Part shown: piece by piece, positions 21,840 through 31,273 of the stretch
Layout of the letters: each line of letters begins with the position of its first letter
How positions within the stretch are numbered: position 1 is the first letter of the stretch
From: an uncultured Candidatus Saccharibacteria bacterium
GTDB lineage: Bacteria; Patescibacteriota; Minisyncoccia; Portnoybacterales; UBA2143
Direction of reading: 5' to 3'
DNA length: 64,000 nt
NCBI GenBank assembly: GCA_964413015.1
Contig: CAYPQZ010000014.1
Location: forward strand, 459 to 64,458
The notes under the pieces: generated by a model
What the model saw: the letters and a program-made list of their open reading frames with translations, nothing else
Database searches by the model: none
Told to the model about the DNA's origin: nothing
Position numbers and translations under genes: made by a program

Positions 21840-23060
21840 ATGTCCGATGCCAGGATTTTTAATTTAATTAAACAGGAATATACCCGTCATCAAGAGGGAC
21901 TTAATTTGATTGCCTCGGATAATTATGCTAGTCCGGCGGTTCGTCAGGCAGTCGGGAGCATTTTGAGCGCCCGTTATGCCGAGGGCTATCCTGAAAAAAG
22001 ATATTATTCGGGCCAGCGCTACATTGACCAGATTGAAAAAATAGCCATTGCTCGGGCTAAAAAACTTTTTAAAGCGAATTATGCCAATGTTCAGGCGCAC
22101 TCCGGCTCTAATGCCAATCAAGCCGCCTATTTTGCTCTATTAAACCCAGGCGACAAGGTTTTGGCCATGCGCATTGACCAAGGCGGACATTTATCTCACG
22201 GGGCGAAAATTAATTTTTCCGGCCGCTTTTATAATTTCGTTTTTTATGGCTTAGACAAGAAAACTCAGCAGATTGATTACAATCAGATTGAAAAAATCGT
22301 TTGGAAAGAAAAGCCAAGATTAATCGTGGCCGGCGCTTCCAGCTATCCTCGCCAGATTGATTTTGCTAAGTTCGGCCGAATAGCCAAATCAATGGGTGTT
22401 TACTTAATGGGGGATATTGCCCACACGGCTGGTCTGGTGGCGACTGGCTTGCACCCGCATCCCTTCCCTTATTGCGATGTGGTTACCGCGACTACTCATA
22501 AGACGCTCCGGGGTGCTCGGGGCGGCCTGATTTTATCTAACAACAAAGAGATAGCTGACAAAATAGACAAGGCGGTTTTCCCTGGGCTTCAAGGCGGCCC
22601 CTTGCAGAATGAGATTGTTGGCAAAGCGGTTGCTTTAAAAGAAGCTAGCCAGAAGCAATTCGTTGTTTATCAAAAACAGGTGATTAAGAACGCCCAAGTT
22701 TTGGCTGAAATGCTTTTAGAACAAGGATTTGATTTAGTTTCCGGCGGCACCGACAACCATCTTATCCTAATTGATTTAACCAAGCTGGGATTCTCCGGAA
22801 AACAGGCTCAGGAATCCTTGGAATCAGCTAATCTTTACGTAAATCGCAACGTTGTCCCTTATGAGAAACGCTCTAAATGGGAAACCTCGGGTATTCGAAT
22901 TGGCACGCCGGCGATAACTACTAAAGGATTAAAAGGCAGAGAAGTTAAACAAGTTGCTCTTTGGATTAGCCAAATTCTTAAAGACATTAACAACCAATCA
23001 TTACAACGCCGGATTAAGGGAAAAGTGATTAGAATGGCTAAGCAATTTCCAGTTTTGTAG
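21840..23060 (+). CDS. glyA: serine hydroxymethyltransferase
   Basis: PLP site TTTHKTLRGARGG; typical SHMT length and motifs. Confidence 0.9.
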   Translation: MSDARIFNLIKQEYTRHQEGLNLIASDNYASPAVRQAVGSILSARYAEGYPEKRYYSGQRYIDQIEKIAIARAKKLFKANYANVQAHSGSNANQAAYFALLNPGDKVLAMRIDQGGHLSHGAKINFSGRFYNFVFYGLDKKTQQIDYNQIEKIVWKEKPRLIVAGASSYPRQIDFAKFGRIAKSMGVYLMGDIAHTAGLVATGLHPHPFPYCDVVTATTHKTLRGARGGLILSNNKEIADKIDKAVFPGLQGGPLQNEIVGKAVALKEASQKQFVVYQKQVIKNAQVLAEMLLEQGFDLVSGGTDNHLILIDLTKLGFSGKQAQESLESANLYVNRNVVPYEKRSKWETSGIRIGTPAITTKGLKGREVKQVALWISQILKDINNQSLQRRIKGKVIRMAKQFPVL

Positions 23061-23080
23061 CAACTGAAGGCCGATTTTTA

Positions 23081-23166
23081 AATTTTGACAAGGGGAAACT
23101 GATAAGAACAGTTTTAAAATGACGCCCTTGTGCTCAAGGGACATCATTTTAAGGACTGTCCTTACC
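23081..23166. repeat. composite palindromic repeat (GATAAGAACAG..ATGACGCCCTTGTGCTCAAGGGACATCAT..TTAAGGACTGTCCTTA)
   Basis: ~66-nt near-perfect palindrome plus the upstream aaattttgacaaggggaaact segment shared with 34371-34400. Generates a spurious N-terminal extension of folD. Confidence 0.8.
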
Positions 23167-23169
23167 ACC

Positions 23170-23940
23170 ATGAAAATTATTGACGGCAAAAAGATAGCCG
23201 ATGAAATTTTAGAAGAGCTTAGAAAGGAAATTGAAATAAAAAAGCTTAAACCATGCTTGGCGGTTATTTTGATTAGCGATAATCCGGCTTCTCGTTTGTA
23301 TATTCAAAAAAAAGAAGCAGCGGCTGAGGAAATTGGAGTTGAGGTAAAAAAGCATTTTTTAGATGAGCAAATCTCCGAAAAAGAAGTTTTGGGAATAATT
23401 GACTCTTTGAATAAAGACAAACAAATTAATGGGATTTTAGTCCAGCTGCCTTTGCCAAAACATCTGGCAGTTGATAAAATTGTTCAAGCCATTAAACCAG
23501 TCAAAGATGTTGATGGATTTGTCAAAGACAGTCTTTGCAATTCTCCTTTTGTTTTGGCTATTAGCCGTGCATTGGCAGAAAGCGGCCAGGATCAGTCAGG
23601 GCGACGAACGGTTATTCTAGCTAATTCCAAGGTTTTAATTCAATCCTTGAAATTGCATTTAAATAGATTAAAATTTATTAAAGATACTAAAAAAGCCGAT
23701 ATTGTCATTAGCGCTTTAGGTCGCCCCCAATATATTAAGGGCTCAACGATTAAACCAGACGCTGTCTTGATTGACGGGGGAATTTCAAAGGCGGATAATA
23801 AAATAGTTGGGGATGTTGACCGGGAAAGCGTTCAAGAAAAAGCCAGCTGGCTAACGCCGGTACCGGGCGGATTAGGTCCGTTGACAGTGGCCTTTTTAAT
23901 GAAAAATTTAGTATGGCTTACCAACCAGTCATCGGTTTAG
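23170..23940 (+). CDS. folD: bifunctional methylenetetrahydrofolate dehydrogenase/cyclohydrolase
   Basis: MKIIDGKKIADEI..., NPASRLYIQKK, GGLGPLTVA. Start reassigned from 23119, where the upstream codons translate the repeat. Confidence 0.88.
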   Translation: MKIIDGKKIADEILEELRKEIEIKKLKPCLAVILISDNPASRLYIQKKEAAAEEIGVEVKKHFLDEQISEKEVLGIIDSLNKDKQINGILVQLPLPKHLAVDKIVQAIKPVKDVDGFVKDSLCNSPFVLAISRALAESGQDQSGRRTVILANSKVLIQSLKLHLNRLKFIKDTKKADIVISALGRPQYIKGSTIKPDAVLIDGGISKADNKIVGDVDRESVQEKASWLTPVPGGLGPLTVAFLMKNLVWLTNQSSV

Positions 23941-25403
23941 AAATACACGCGGAATTAAAGACAGCCAGCAAGATGTTTTGCAGCTGTCTTAACGATCCGG
24001 AAGAGCAGAAACCGAATTTGAATATCTGTCCGGTTTGTTTGGGGTATCCAGGTTCATTGCCGGTAATCAACCAGGAAGCGGTGAAAAAAGTTGTTAAAAC
24101 CGCCTTGTCTTTGAATTGTCAAATTCCGGGAAGAGCTAAATTTGACCGAAAAAACTATTTCTATCCCGACTTGCCCAAAGGTTATCAAATCTCTCAATAT
24201 GACCAGCCTTTGTCCTTAAAAGGTTTTTTGGAAATCGAAGGGAAAAAAATCCAGATTACCCGGATTCATTTAGAAGAAGATACCGGTCGATTGATACATT
24301 TGCAGGAAGCCGGCTATTCACTGATTGATTTTAATCGGGCCGGTCGGCCGCTTATGGAATTAGTCACTGAACCGGATATTGAATCCGGTCGGGAGGCCCG
24401 ACAGTTTTGCGAAGAATTGCAGTTAATCCTGCGCTATTTAGAGGTCTCTGAAGCGAATATGGAAAAAGGCCAGATGCGCTGTGAGGTTAACATTTCACTT
24501 TCTGGCAAGAACGGCAAGTTGGGAACCAAGGTGGAAATTAAAAACCTTAACTCTTTCCGGGCAGTTGAAAAGTCAATTGACTACGAAATTAAAAGACAAG
24601 CCGATTTGTTGGAAGCAGGGCAAAAAGTTATTCAGGAAACCAGAGGCTGGAACGAAGGCAAGCAGATTACTTTCTCCCAGAGGATAAAAGAAGAATCTCA
24701 AGATTACCGTTATTTCCCCGAGCCTGATTTGCCTCCTTTATTGATAGAAGCGTCGTCTGGCGAGTCGAAACACTCGATAGTTAATGTCGCAGAGATTAAA
24801 GCTAAATTGCCGGAACTGCCTCAAGCCCGGCGAACCAGATTTTTTGAAGAGTATCAGATTGCTCCGTCTAATATTAATACGCTGATTGTTAATAAAAAGC
24901 TGGCTGACTATTTTGAGCAGATTGTTTCTGAGTTAAAAACTTGGCTGAAGATAAAATCTATTGATGACAAACAGCCAATGATTAAACTTACCGCTAACTA
25001 TTTATTAACTGAACTTCAAAAATTACTTTTGGCTGATAAAAAAGAAATTACTGAATGTAAAATCAGCCCGGAAAATTTAGCTGAGTTTATTACCTTGATT
25101 CAACAAAAGGAAATTTCAAGTTCAGCGGCTCAAACCGTTCTGAAAGAAATGTTTGAGACCGGAGCCGACCCTTCCAATATTATTGAAGAAAAGAATTTGA
25201 AACAGGTTAATAATGAAGACGTCCTGCTTAAGGTAGTCAAACAGATTATTCAGGAGAATCCCAAGCCAGTTAAGGACTATCGATCAGGCAAGGAAAACGT
25301 TTTACAGTTTTTAGTTGGCAAAGTGATGGCGGCCAGTCATGGCCAGGCCAATCCTGAAATAGTCAGGGAAATTCTAAAAAATAGATTAAAGGTCGAGAAA
25401 TAA
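23913..25403 (+). CDS. gatB: Asp-tRNA(Asn)/Glu-tRNA(Gln) amidotransferase subunit B
   Basis: MAYQPVIGLEIHAELKT...CSC, NLNICPVCLGYPG, and a C-terminal GatB/YqeY domain. Confidence 0.9.
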   Translation: MAYQPVIGLEIHAELKTASKMFCSCLNDPEEQKPNLNICPVCLGYPGSLPVINQEAVKKVVKTALSLNCQIPGRAKFDRKNYFYPDLPKGYQISQYDQPLSLKGFLEIEGKKIQITRIHLEEDTGRLIHLQEAGYSLIDFNRAGRPLMELVTEPDIESGREARQFCEELQLILRYLEVSEANMEKGQMRCEVNISLSGKNGKLGTKVEIKNLNSFRAVEKSIDYEIKRQADLLEAGQKVIQETRGWNEGKQITFSQRIKEESQDYRYFPEPDLPPLLIEASSGESKHSIVNVAEIKAKLPELPQARRTRFFEEYQIAPSNINTLIVNKKLADYFEQIVSELKTWLKIKSIDDKQPMIKLTANYLLTELQKLLLADKKEITECKISPENLAEFITLIQQKEISSSAAQTVLKEMFETGADPSNIIEEKNLKQVNNEDVLLKVVKQIIQENPKPVKDYRSGKENVLQFLVGKVMAASHGQANPEIVREILKNRLKVEK

Positions 25404-25409
25404 TTTTAA

Positions 25410-25607
25410 TTGAGAAATAATATGGTCAATACAGAAAAATACGAAATCAATCCAGAGTATAGGCAGAATCTTTTAAAAGGTAAAAGTTTTAAATTTTCTG
25501 AAAAAGAAACAGCGGAAATGAAAGATAAAGGATTAAGTGAAGAAGATATAGTAAAGAAACAGGAGGATGTTATCGCAAGGCAAGAATTAGATCGCCAGGA
25601 AAAATAA
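25410..25607 (+). CDS. hypothetical small K/E-rich protein
   Basis: 65-aa ORF with no hydrophobic segment. Coding status uncertain. Confidence 0.3.
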   Translation: MRNNMVNTEKYEINPEYRQNLLKGKSFKFSEKETAEMKDKGLSEEDIVKKQEDVIARQELDRQEK

Positions 25608-25624
25608 GACGCAAGATTAGCTGT

Positions 25625-26512
25625 TTAGATAAAGTCAGTAATTATTCTTTTTGCATCAGAGTAAGTTTTAACCCAATTGATCCTTTTGTCTCTTTTAAAC
25701 CAGGTCATTTGGCGGCGGGCGTACTGGCGGGTGTGATTGATAATTAATTCCTCGGCTTTTTTTAAAGAAATTTTACCTTGGAGGCATTGATGAATTTCCT
25801 GATAGCCGATGCTCGACAAGGCCGGCTGATTAAAAGAATATTTTTTGGACAATTTTTTAACTTCTTCAATTAGGCCAGTCCGGAGCATTTTTTTGACTCG
25901 CTGCTCTATTTTTTTATTAAGCGTTCCTTTGTTTAGCTTCAAACCAATCTCTAAAATTTCAAAAAGAGGTTGGCCTTTTTGTTTCTGTTTGGAGAATGGC
26001 TTTTTAGTCAGCAAGCAGACTTCTAAAGCGCGAATTAGCCGCCTTTTGTTGCGAGAATCAATAGCCGAAGCCGCTAAAGAATCTAATTTTTTGAGTCGTT
26101 GAAATAATTCCCGATTAGATAATTTTTCCAGCTTAATCCTTAGTTTTTTATCCGGTTTAACCCGAGGAATTTTTAAGTTATCAACAACTGCCTGGATGTA
26201 CAAGCCAGTTCCGCCGACTAAAAAAGGCAGCCGATTTCTTTTCTGGATATCTTGAATAGTTTTAACAGCCAGCTTTTTGTATTGAGCTAGGGTAAATTCT
26301 TGGTTTGGTTTGACAATGTCAACCAGAGCTATTTTTTTAGTTTTAGCAGTGCCAATGTCCATTTCTTGGTAAATTTGCCGCGAATCAGCATTAACTATTT
26401 CACCCTTAAATTTCTCAGCCAATTTAATAGCTAAGTCAGATTTGCCTGAAGCGGTTGGTCCGAGAATGACAATGAGTTTGTTATGCATAGTTTCGAGAAG
26501 TGTAAGGGACAT
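25625..26512 (-). CDS. miaA: tRNA dimethylallyltransferase
   Basis: P-loop GPTASGKS, DSRQIYQEMDIGTAK. Confidence 0.9.
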   Translation of the reverse strand: MSLTLLETMHNKLIVILGPTASGKSDLAIKLAEKFKGEIVNADSRQIYQEMDIGTAKTKKIALVDIVKPNQEFTLAQYKKLAVKTIQDIQKRNRLPFLVGGTGLYIQAVVDNLKIPRVKPDKKLRIKLEKLSNRELFQRLKKLDSLAASAIDSRNKRRLIRALEVCLLTKKPFSKQKQKGQPLFEILEIGLKLNKGTLNKKIEQRVKKMLRTGLIEEVKKLSKKYSFNQPALSSIGYQEIHQCLQGKISLKKAEELIINHTRQYARRQMTWFKRDKRINWVKTYSDAKRIITDFI

Positions 26513-26541
26513 TCCTTAAATTTTTAAACTGTACTTTAACC

Positions 26542-27585
26542 TTAACTTGCGTTTTTTAAGGCCAGAATAACCTTTTTCCTCCTTTTCTTCTCGTCGGAAG
26601 GAACGTCATCTTTTAACCGGGCGGCGGCTGTGCCTTTTCTTGGAGAATAAGCGGCTACGTAAGCCTGGCTAAAGCCGATTTCCCTGAATAAATCAACCGT
26701 TTTTCGGAACTGCTTTTTAGTCTCGCCCGGAAAGCCAACAATAATATCAGTGGATATTTTCGCCTCGGGTATGGCCCGACGGATTTTTTTTATCAAATTT
26801 TTATAATGCCCGACCGTATAGCCACGATTCATCTTTTTGAGGATTTGGTTATCGCCTGACTGAACCGGCAGATGAATTTCTTTGGAAATTTTATCGCCTT
26901 GGCCGATTGTTTTTATCAGTTCGTTTGACATATCCTTAGGGTGAGAAGTAAGGAATTTTATCTGGAAGTTTCCGGGTAGATTGTTGATTAATTTAAGCAA
27001 TACGGAGAAGCCAAGGACAGTCCTTAAATTTACGTCCTTAGAATAAGGACGTAAATTTAAGGACTGTCCTTGACGGCCTTGATAGCTATTCACATTTTGT
27101 CCTAAAAGAGTTATTTCTCTATATCCTTTTTTAATTAAAGTTTTCGCTTCCTTAATAATTTCATTAGCCGGTCGCGAGTATTCACGGCCGCGGGTATAGG
27201 GGACTACGCAATAGGAACAAAAATTATTGCAACCGGTCATAATGGGAAGCCAGGCATTTTTGGCTGATTGACGTTTGGGCTCCAATTCCAGATTAATAAT
27301 TGGCCAGATTTCATCAACTTGTTCCCGAAGCTGTTTTTTGTCCTTGAATAAAAGACAACCAGTTAAAACCAATTTGCTTTCTGGGTTTTGAAGACGGATT
27401 TTCTTTACTTGGCTGTAAACCCTGTTGACAGCTGACTGTCTGATCGAGCAAACGTTAATAACAACTAAATTAGCCGATTTAATTTGGTCGACTGATTGGT
27501 AGTTTTTTTTCTCTAATTGGGCGGCAATCTTTTCCGAATCTGATTTATTCATTTGACAACCGTAGGTGATAATATGGTATTTCAT
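26542..27585 (-). CDS. miaB: tRNA-2-methylthio-N6-dimethylallyladenosine synthase (radical SAM MTTase)
   Basis: MTTase N-domain (MKYHIITYGCQMN), radical SAM CNNFCSYC, TRAM. Start reassigned from 27669, which translates a repeat. Carries an in-frame 61-nt palindrome at 27012-27072. Confidence 0.88.
   Translation of the reverse strand: MKYHIITYGCQMNKSDSEKIAAQLEKKNYQSVDQIKSANLVVINVCSIRQSAVNRVYSQVKKIRLQNPESKLVLTGCLLFKDKKQLREQVDEIWPIINLELEPKRQSAKNAWLPIMTGCNNFCSYCVVPYTRGREYSRPANEIIKEAKTLIKKGYREITLLGQNVNSYQGRQGQSLNLRPYSKDVNLRTVLGFSVLLKLINNLPGNFQIKFLTSHPKDMSNELIKTIGQGDKISKEIHLPVQSGDNQILKKMNRGYTVGHYKNLIKKIRRAIPEAKISTDIIVGFPGETKKQFRKTVDLFREIGFSQAYVAAYSPRKGTAAARLKDDVPSDEKKRRKKVILALKNAS
27012..27072. 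repeat. perfect 61-nt palindrome (29-nt arms, 3-nt centre) of the GGACNGTCC family inserted in-frame in miaB
   Basis: caaggacagtccttaaatttacgtcctta-gaa-taaggacgtaaatttaaggactgtccttg. Encodes ~20 extra residues (LNLRPYSKDVNLRTVLGFSV) between conserved MiaB blocks. Confidence 0.85.
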
Positions 27586-27615
27586 ATCTGCTTGGGAGAA
27601 GCTAATCTTTAAAAA

Positions 27616-27700
27616 TTTAAGGATTATCATACGATAAGAACAGTCCTTAAAATGATGTCCCTTGAGCACAAGGGCGTCATTTTAAGGACTGTTCTTATCT
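27616..27700. repeat. composite palindromic repeat (reverse orientation of the 23101 copy)
   Basis: aaatttaaggattatcat + gataagaacagtccttaaaatgatgtcccttgagcacaagggcgtcattttaaggactgttcttatc. Confidence 0.8.
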
Positions 27701-27931
27701 GTTTGTCTTATTAGTTACCCTTTGTTAAAATTTAAGAACTGCCTTTTCATTGATTTCATTTTGTATCTTAATTGAAAATGTTGTATAATACAAGCAATAT
27801 GCCCCGTAGAGAAACTTTGACTCTATTCGCCTGTGGCGAATAAGAATGCGGGGATATATAATTATAAGATAAACTAAAAAATATTGAGAATTTTGATATT
27901 TTGATTAAATGTCAAAGTTCTTCTACGGGGT

Positions 27932-28669
27932 ATGAGCAAAATATATTTATCAGTCATTATTCCGGCCTACAACGAGGCCAAAAGTATTGGGAAAACCCTT
28001 TTAAGCATTGATTCCTACTTGGCCCAGCAGGACTATCACTACGAGATTCTGGTTATCAACGACGGGTCAAAAGACAAAACGGTCCAGATTGTTAATAAAT
28101 TTACCAAAATAATTAAAAATTTAAGGTTGGTTAACAATCAGGAAAATCATGGCAAGGGATGGGTTGTCAAGCAGGGGATGCTGGAGGCTGGAGGAAAATA
28201 CCGTCTTTTTATGGACGCTGACAATGCGACCACTATTGACCATTTCGAGAAAATGATACCCTTTTTTAAAAAGGGCTGCCAGGTGGTGATTGGTTCGCGG
28301 GACAGCAAAGATGCTCCAGATGCCAAACAAACCGTTCCCCAACCATTTTTTAAAAGGCAATTGGGCAATTTCGGCAATCTTTTAATTCAATTAATGGCAG
28401 TTCCGGGCATTTGGGATACTCAATGTGGCTTCAAGGCTTTTTCGGGAAAGGCGACCAATGATATCTTCAGCCGGTGTTTGATTGATAAATGGGGATTTGA
28501 CATTGAAGCGCTGGCCCTAGCAAAAAAACTGGGATATCGCATAGGGATAATTCCGGTTAACTGGATAAACAATCCGGATTCTCGAGTTGGCTGGAAAGGA
28601 TATTTAAGAACCTTGAGCGAATTGCTTAAAATTAGATGGAATTTTATTACCGGTAAATATAAATATTAG
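27932..28669 (+). CDS. family 2 glycosyltransferase (Dpm1/polyprenol-phosphate glycosyltransferase-like)
   Basis: LSVIIPAYNEAKSI..., DGSKD..., DXD region. Confidence 0.82.
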   Translation: MSKIYLSVIIPAYNEAKSIGKTLLSIDSYLAQQDYHYEILVINDGSKDKTVQIVNKFTKIIKNLRLVNNQENHGKGWVVKQGMLEAGGKYRLFMDADNATTIDHFEKMIPFFKKGCQVVIGSRDSKDAPDAKQTVPQPFFKRQLGNFGNLLIQLMAVPGIWDTQCGFKAFSGKATNDIFSRCLIDKWGFDIEALALAKKLGYRIGIIPVNWINNPDSRVGWKGYLRTLSELLKIRWNFITGKYKY

Positions 28670-28673
28670 AATT

Positions 28674-29669
28674 ATGGACAGGGAATTTCCTTCAGAATTA
28701 AGATTAGATTTGGTTTCTAATGACTGGGTATTGATTGCCGCTGGCCGGGCCCAACGGCCGGAAACTTTCGCTAAACATCAGAGAATTAAAGAACAAGCTA
28801 CTCCCGAGAATTGTCCTTTTTGCCAAGAGTATAATATTCGGGAGAAAATCGCTAGGAAAAACAAACCGGATGGTTCCTGGTTTGTTATCTCTATTCCCAA
28901 TAAATTTCCTGCCTTTTCCGAAAATGGCGGCCATGAGCTTAAAGAGCAGAAAATAGGGCCCAACAAAACGATGAACGGCTTTGGCTATCATGAGGTTATT
29001 ATTACCGCTGACCATGAGAAGCAGATAGCCCAGTTCTCACAGGGAGAAGCCAGAATGGTTATTGACATCTATCAGGAAAGATACTTGGACTTAATGAGTA
29101 AACAGTTCATTAAATACATTGCTATTTTCCATAATCATGGCAAGGAAGCCGGTGCTTCTATAAGTCATCCTCATTCTCAACTTATGGCAATTCCGGTTAT
29201 TGACCCTGATATTCGGGGTAGCTTGAACGGCGCTGAAAATTTCTATAAAAAAAACAGAAAATGCGTCTATTGCACAATGCTTGACTGGGACATAAAAGAT
29301 AAGAAACGAATTATTTATGAAAACGAAAAGTTTGTGGTTCTATGTCCTTTCGCTCCCCAGGTTTCTTTTGAAGTCAGGGTATATCCTAAAGAACACCAGC
29401 CATATTTTGAAAAGATGAATAATCAGGAAAAAGATTTCTTTGCTGATGCCCTGCAAAAGGCCTTGTCGGTTATTTATCATAGATTAGAAGATCCGGCTTA
29501 CAATTTCTATTTCCACACTGCTCCCTGCGATGGAGGCAATTATGAGAATTACCATTGGCATCTAAATATTTTACCTAAAATTTCTGTATGGGCCGGTTTT
29601 GAATTAGGGGCTGGCATAGAAATTTCTACTATTGAACCCGAGGCGGCGGCTGAATTTTTGAGAAATTAA
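28674..29669 (+). CDS. galT: galactose-1-phosphate uridylyltransferase-like (HIT superfamily)
   Basis: CPFC zinc site, HNHGKEAGASISHPHSQ histidine triad-like active site, duplicated half-barrel. Confidence 0.7.
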   Translation: MDREFPSELRLDLVSNDWVLIAAGRAQRPETFAKHQRIKEQATPENCPFCQEYNIREKIARKNKPDGSWFVISIPNKFPAFSENGGHELKEQKIGPNKTMNGFGYHEVIITADHEKQIAQFSQGEARMVIDIYQERYLDLMSKQFIKYIAIFHNHGKEAGASISHPHSQLMAIPVIDPDIRGSLNGAENFYKKNRKCVYCTMLDWDIKDKKRIIYENEKFVVLCPFAPQVSFEVRVYPKEHQPYFEKMNNQEKDFFADALQKALSVIYHRLEDPAYNFYFHTAPCDGGNYENYHWHLNILPKISVWAGFELGAGIEISTIEPEAAAEFLRN

Positions 29670-29674
29670 TATTT

Positions 29675-30295
29675 ATGGGCATTCTTTTTTCGAACATTAC
29701 TCTGTTCATCACCAATGTAATTTCTGATATTGGCTATCTGGGCATTTGCCTGTTGATGGCCGTTGAGAGCTCTTTTATCCCATTCCCTTCTGAAATTGTT
29801 ATTCCGCCAGCCGCTTATCTGGCCCAGCAGGGACAAATGAACATCTTTTTAGTTATTCTTTTCGGGATAATCGGGAGTTTGCTAGGCGCTTCCTTAAACT
29901 ATTTCTTAGCCTATTCTTTAGGCAGAAAAGTCATTTATTCTTTAGCTAATCGCAATTTTTTTAAATTTTTATTCATCAGCCAGAGAAAAATCGCCAAAGC
30001 GGAAAACTATTTCTTAAAATATGGAAATCTTTCTACTTTTATCGGCAGGTTTGTGCCTGCTATCAGGCAGTTAATTTCTATTCCGGCTGGATTCTCCCGA
30101 ATGAATTTTAAAAGCTTTGCCTGGTATACTTTTTTAGGTTCCGGCATTTGGGTGACAATTCTGGCAATCCTGGGATATTGCTTTGGCCATAATCAGGAGG
30201 CAATCTCCAGATATTCCAATCAGATTTCTTTGTTTTTCGCCGTTTTGGCCTTAGCTATTATATTATTAATAATTATTAAAAAAAAGCGTGGATAA
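29675..30295 (+). CDS. DedA/SNARE-associated family membrane protein
   Basis: YLGICLLMAVESSFIPFPSEIV motif and TM topology typical of DedA. Confidence 0.78.
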   Translation: MGILFSNITLFITNVISDIGYLGICLLMAVESSFIPFPSEIVIPPAAYLAQQGQMNIFLVILFGIIGSLLGASLNYFLAYSLGRKVIYSLANRNFFKFLFISQRKIAKAENYFLKYGNLSTFIGRFVPAIRQLISIPAGFSRMNFKSFAWYTFLGSGIWVTILAILGYCFGHNQEAISRYSNQISLFFAVLALAIILLIIIKKKRG

Positions 30296-31082
30296 TAAAA
30301 AGATAGTCATTGCTAACTGGAAAATGAATCCGGCAACCTTAAAAGAAGCCGAGCGTCTTTTTAGCACGTTGGATGAACGCATTGAAATGAGCGGGAATTT
30401 AGAAACAATCATCTGTCCTCCTTTTGTCTATTTGTCTCCTTTAATTAATCTGTCAAAACACAATTTAGTTTTTGGCGGTCAGGACTGTTTTTGGGAAAAG
30501 CAGGGCGCTTATACCGGAGAAGTTTCTTCAGCAGAACTTAAAAGCTTAGGCTGTGAATACGTGCTTATCGGCCATTCAGAGAGGAAAAGATATTTTCAGG
30601 AAGATGATTCAATGATTAATAAAAAGCTGAAGGCCGCTTTAGCCAGTCGGCTAATTCCGGTACTTTGTGTTGGAGAGGAGATTAGAGATGATTTTGATTC
30701 TGAAGGGCGAGCGCTTGGCGAACTCAATCCAGTGATTGCCGAACAAATTGAGAAAGCGCTGATTGATATTAACCCTACTCGGGTTAGTGACATAATTATT
30801 GCTTATGAACCGGTTTGGGCGATTAGCACAACAGTTGATAAAAAAGATTGTTCTTCTAATGAAGCTATGAAAGCGGCTTTGTTTATCCGTAAGATATTAA
30901 TTAAACTTTACAGCCGACTGGTTGCTGAAAAAGTTAGAATTATTTACGGGGGCAGCGTTGATAGCCTGAATGTGACGGATTATGTTGAAGGAGCCAACTT
31001 GGACGGTGTTTTGGTCGGTGGAGCCTCCTTAAACGCCAGTGAGTTTGTAAGAATAATTGAGAGATTGAAGGCTGTGTCTTAA
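30288..31082 (+). CDS. tpiA: triosephosphate isomerase
   Basis: ANWKMN, IGHSERK, AYEPVWAIST, GGASL. Confidence 0.9.
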   Translation: MDNKKIVIANWKMNPATLKEAERLFSTLDERIEMSGNLETIICPPFVYLSPLINLSKHNLVFGGQDCFWEKQGAYTGEVSSAELKSLGCEYVLIGHSERKRYFQEDDSMINKKLKAALASRLIPVLCVGEEIRDDFDSEGRALGELNPVIAEQIEKALIDINPTRVSDIIIAYEPVWAISTTVDKKDCSSNEAMKAALFIRKILIKLYSRLVAEKVRIIYGGSVDSLNVTDYVEGANLDGVLVGGASLNASEFVRIIERLKAVS

Positions 31083-31085
31083 ATT

Positions 31086-31130
31086 TTTAAGGACTGTCCT
31101 TATCGTTGGCGCGTCTCAAGGGGTATTAAA
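31086..31130. repeat. partial GGACNGTCC-family repeat
   Basis: ttaaggactgtccttatc...gcgtctcaaggggtat. Confidence 0.6.
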
Positions 31131-31273
31131 TATACGACTTTGCGTTTGGCCTTTGGCTCGAAGAGAAATTTTTTTGAATGTTTAGCCCTATTCGTGCTTC
31201 GCGCGAACAGCTCGCCCACACCTACGATTCAAAAAAATTGTCTTCTTCGCAAGGCCTTGTATCCGATAGGATT

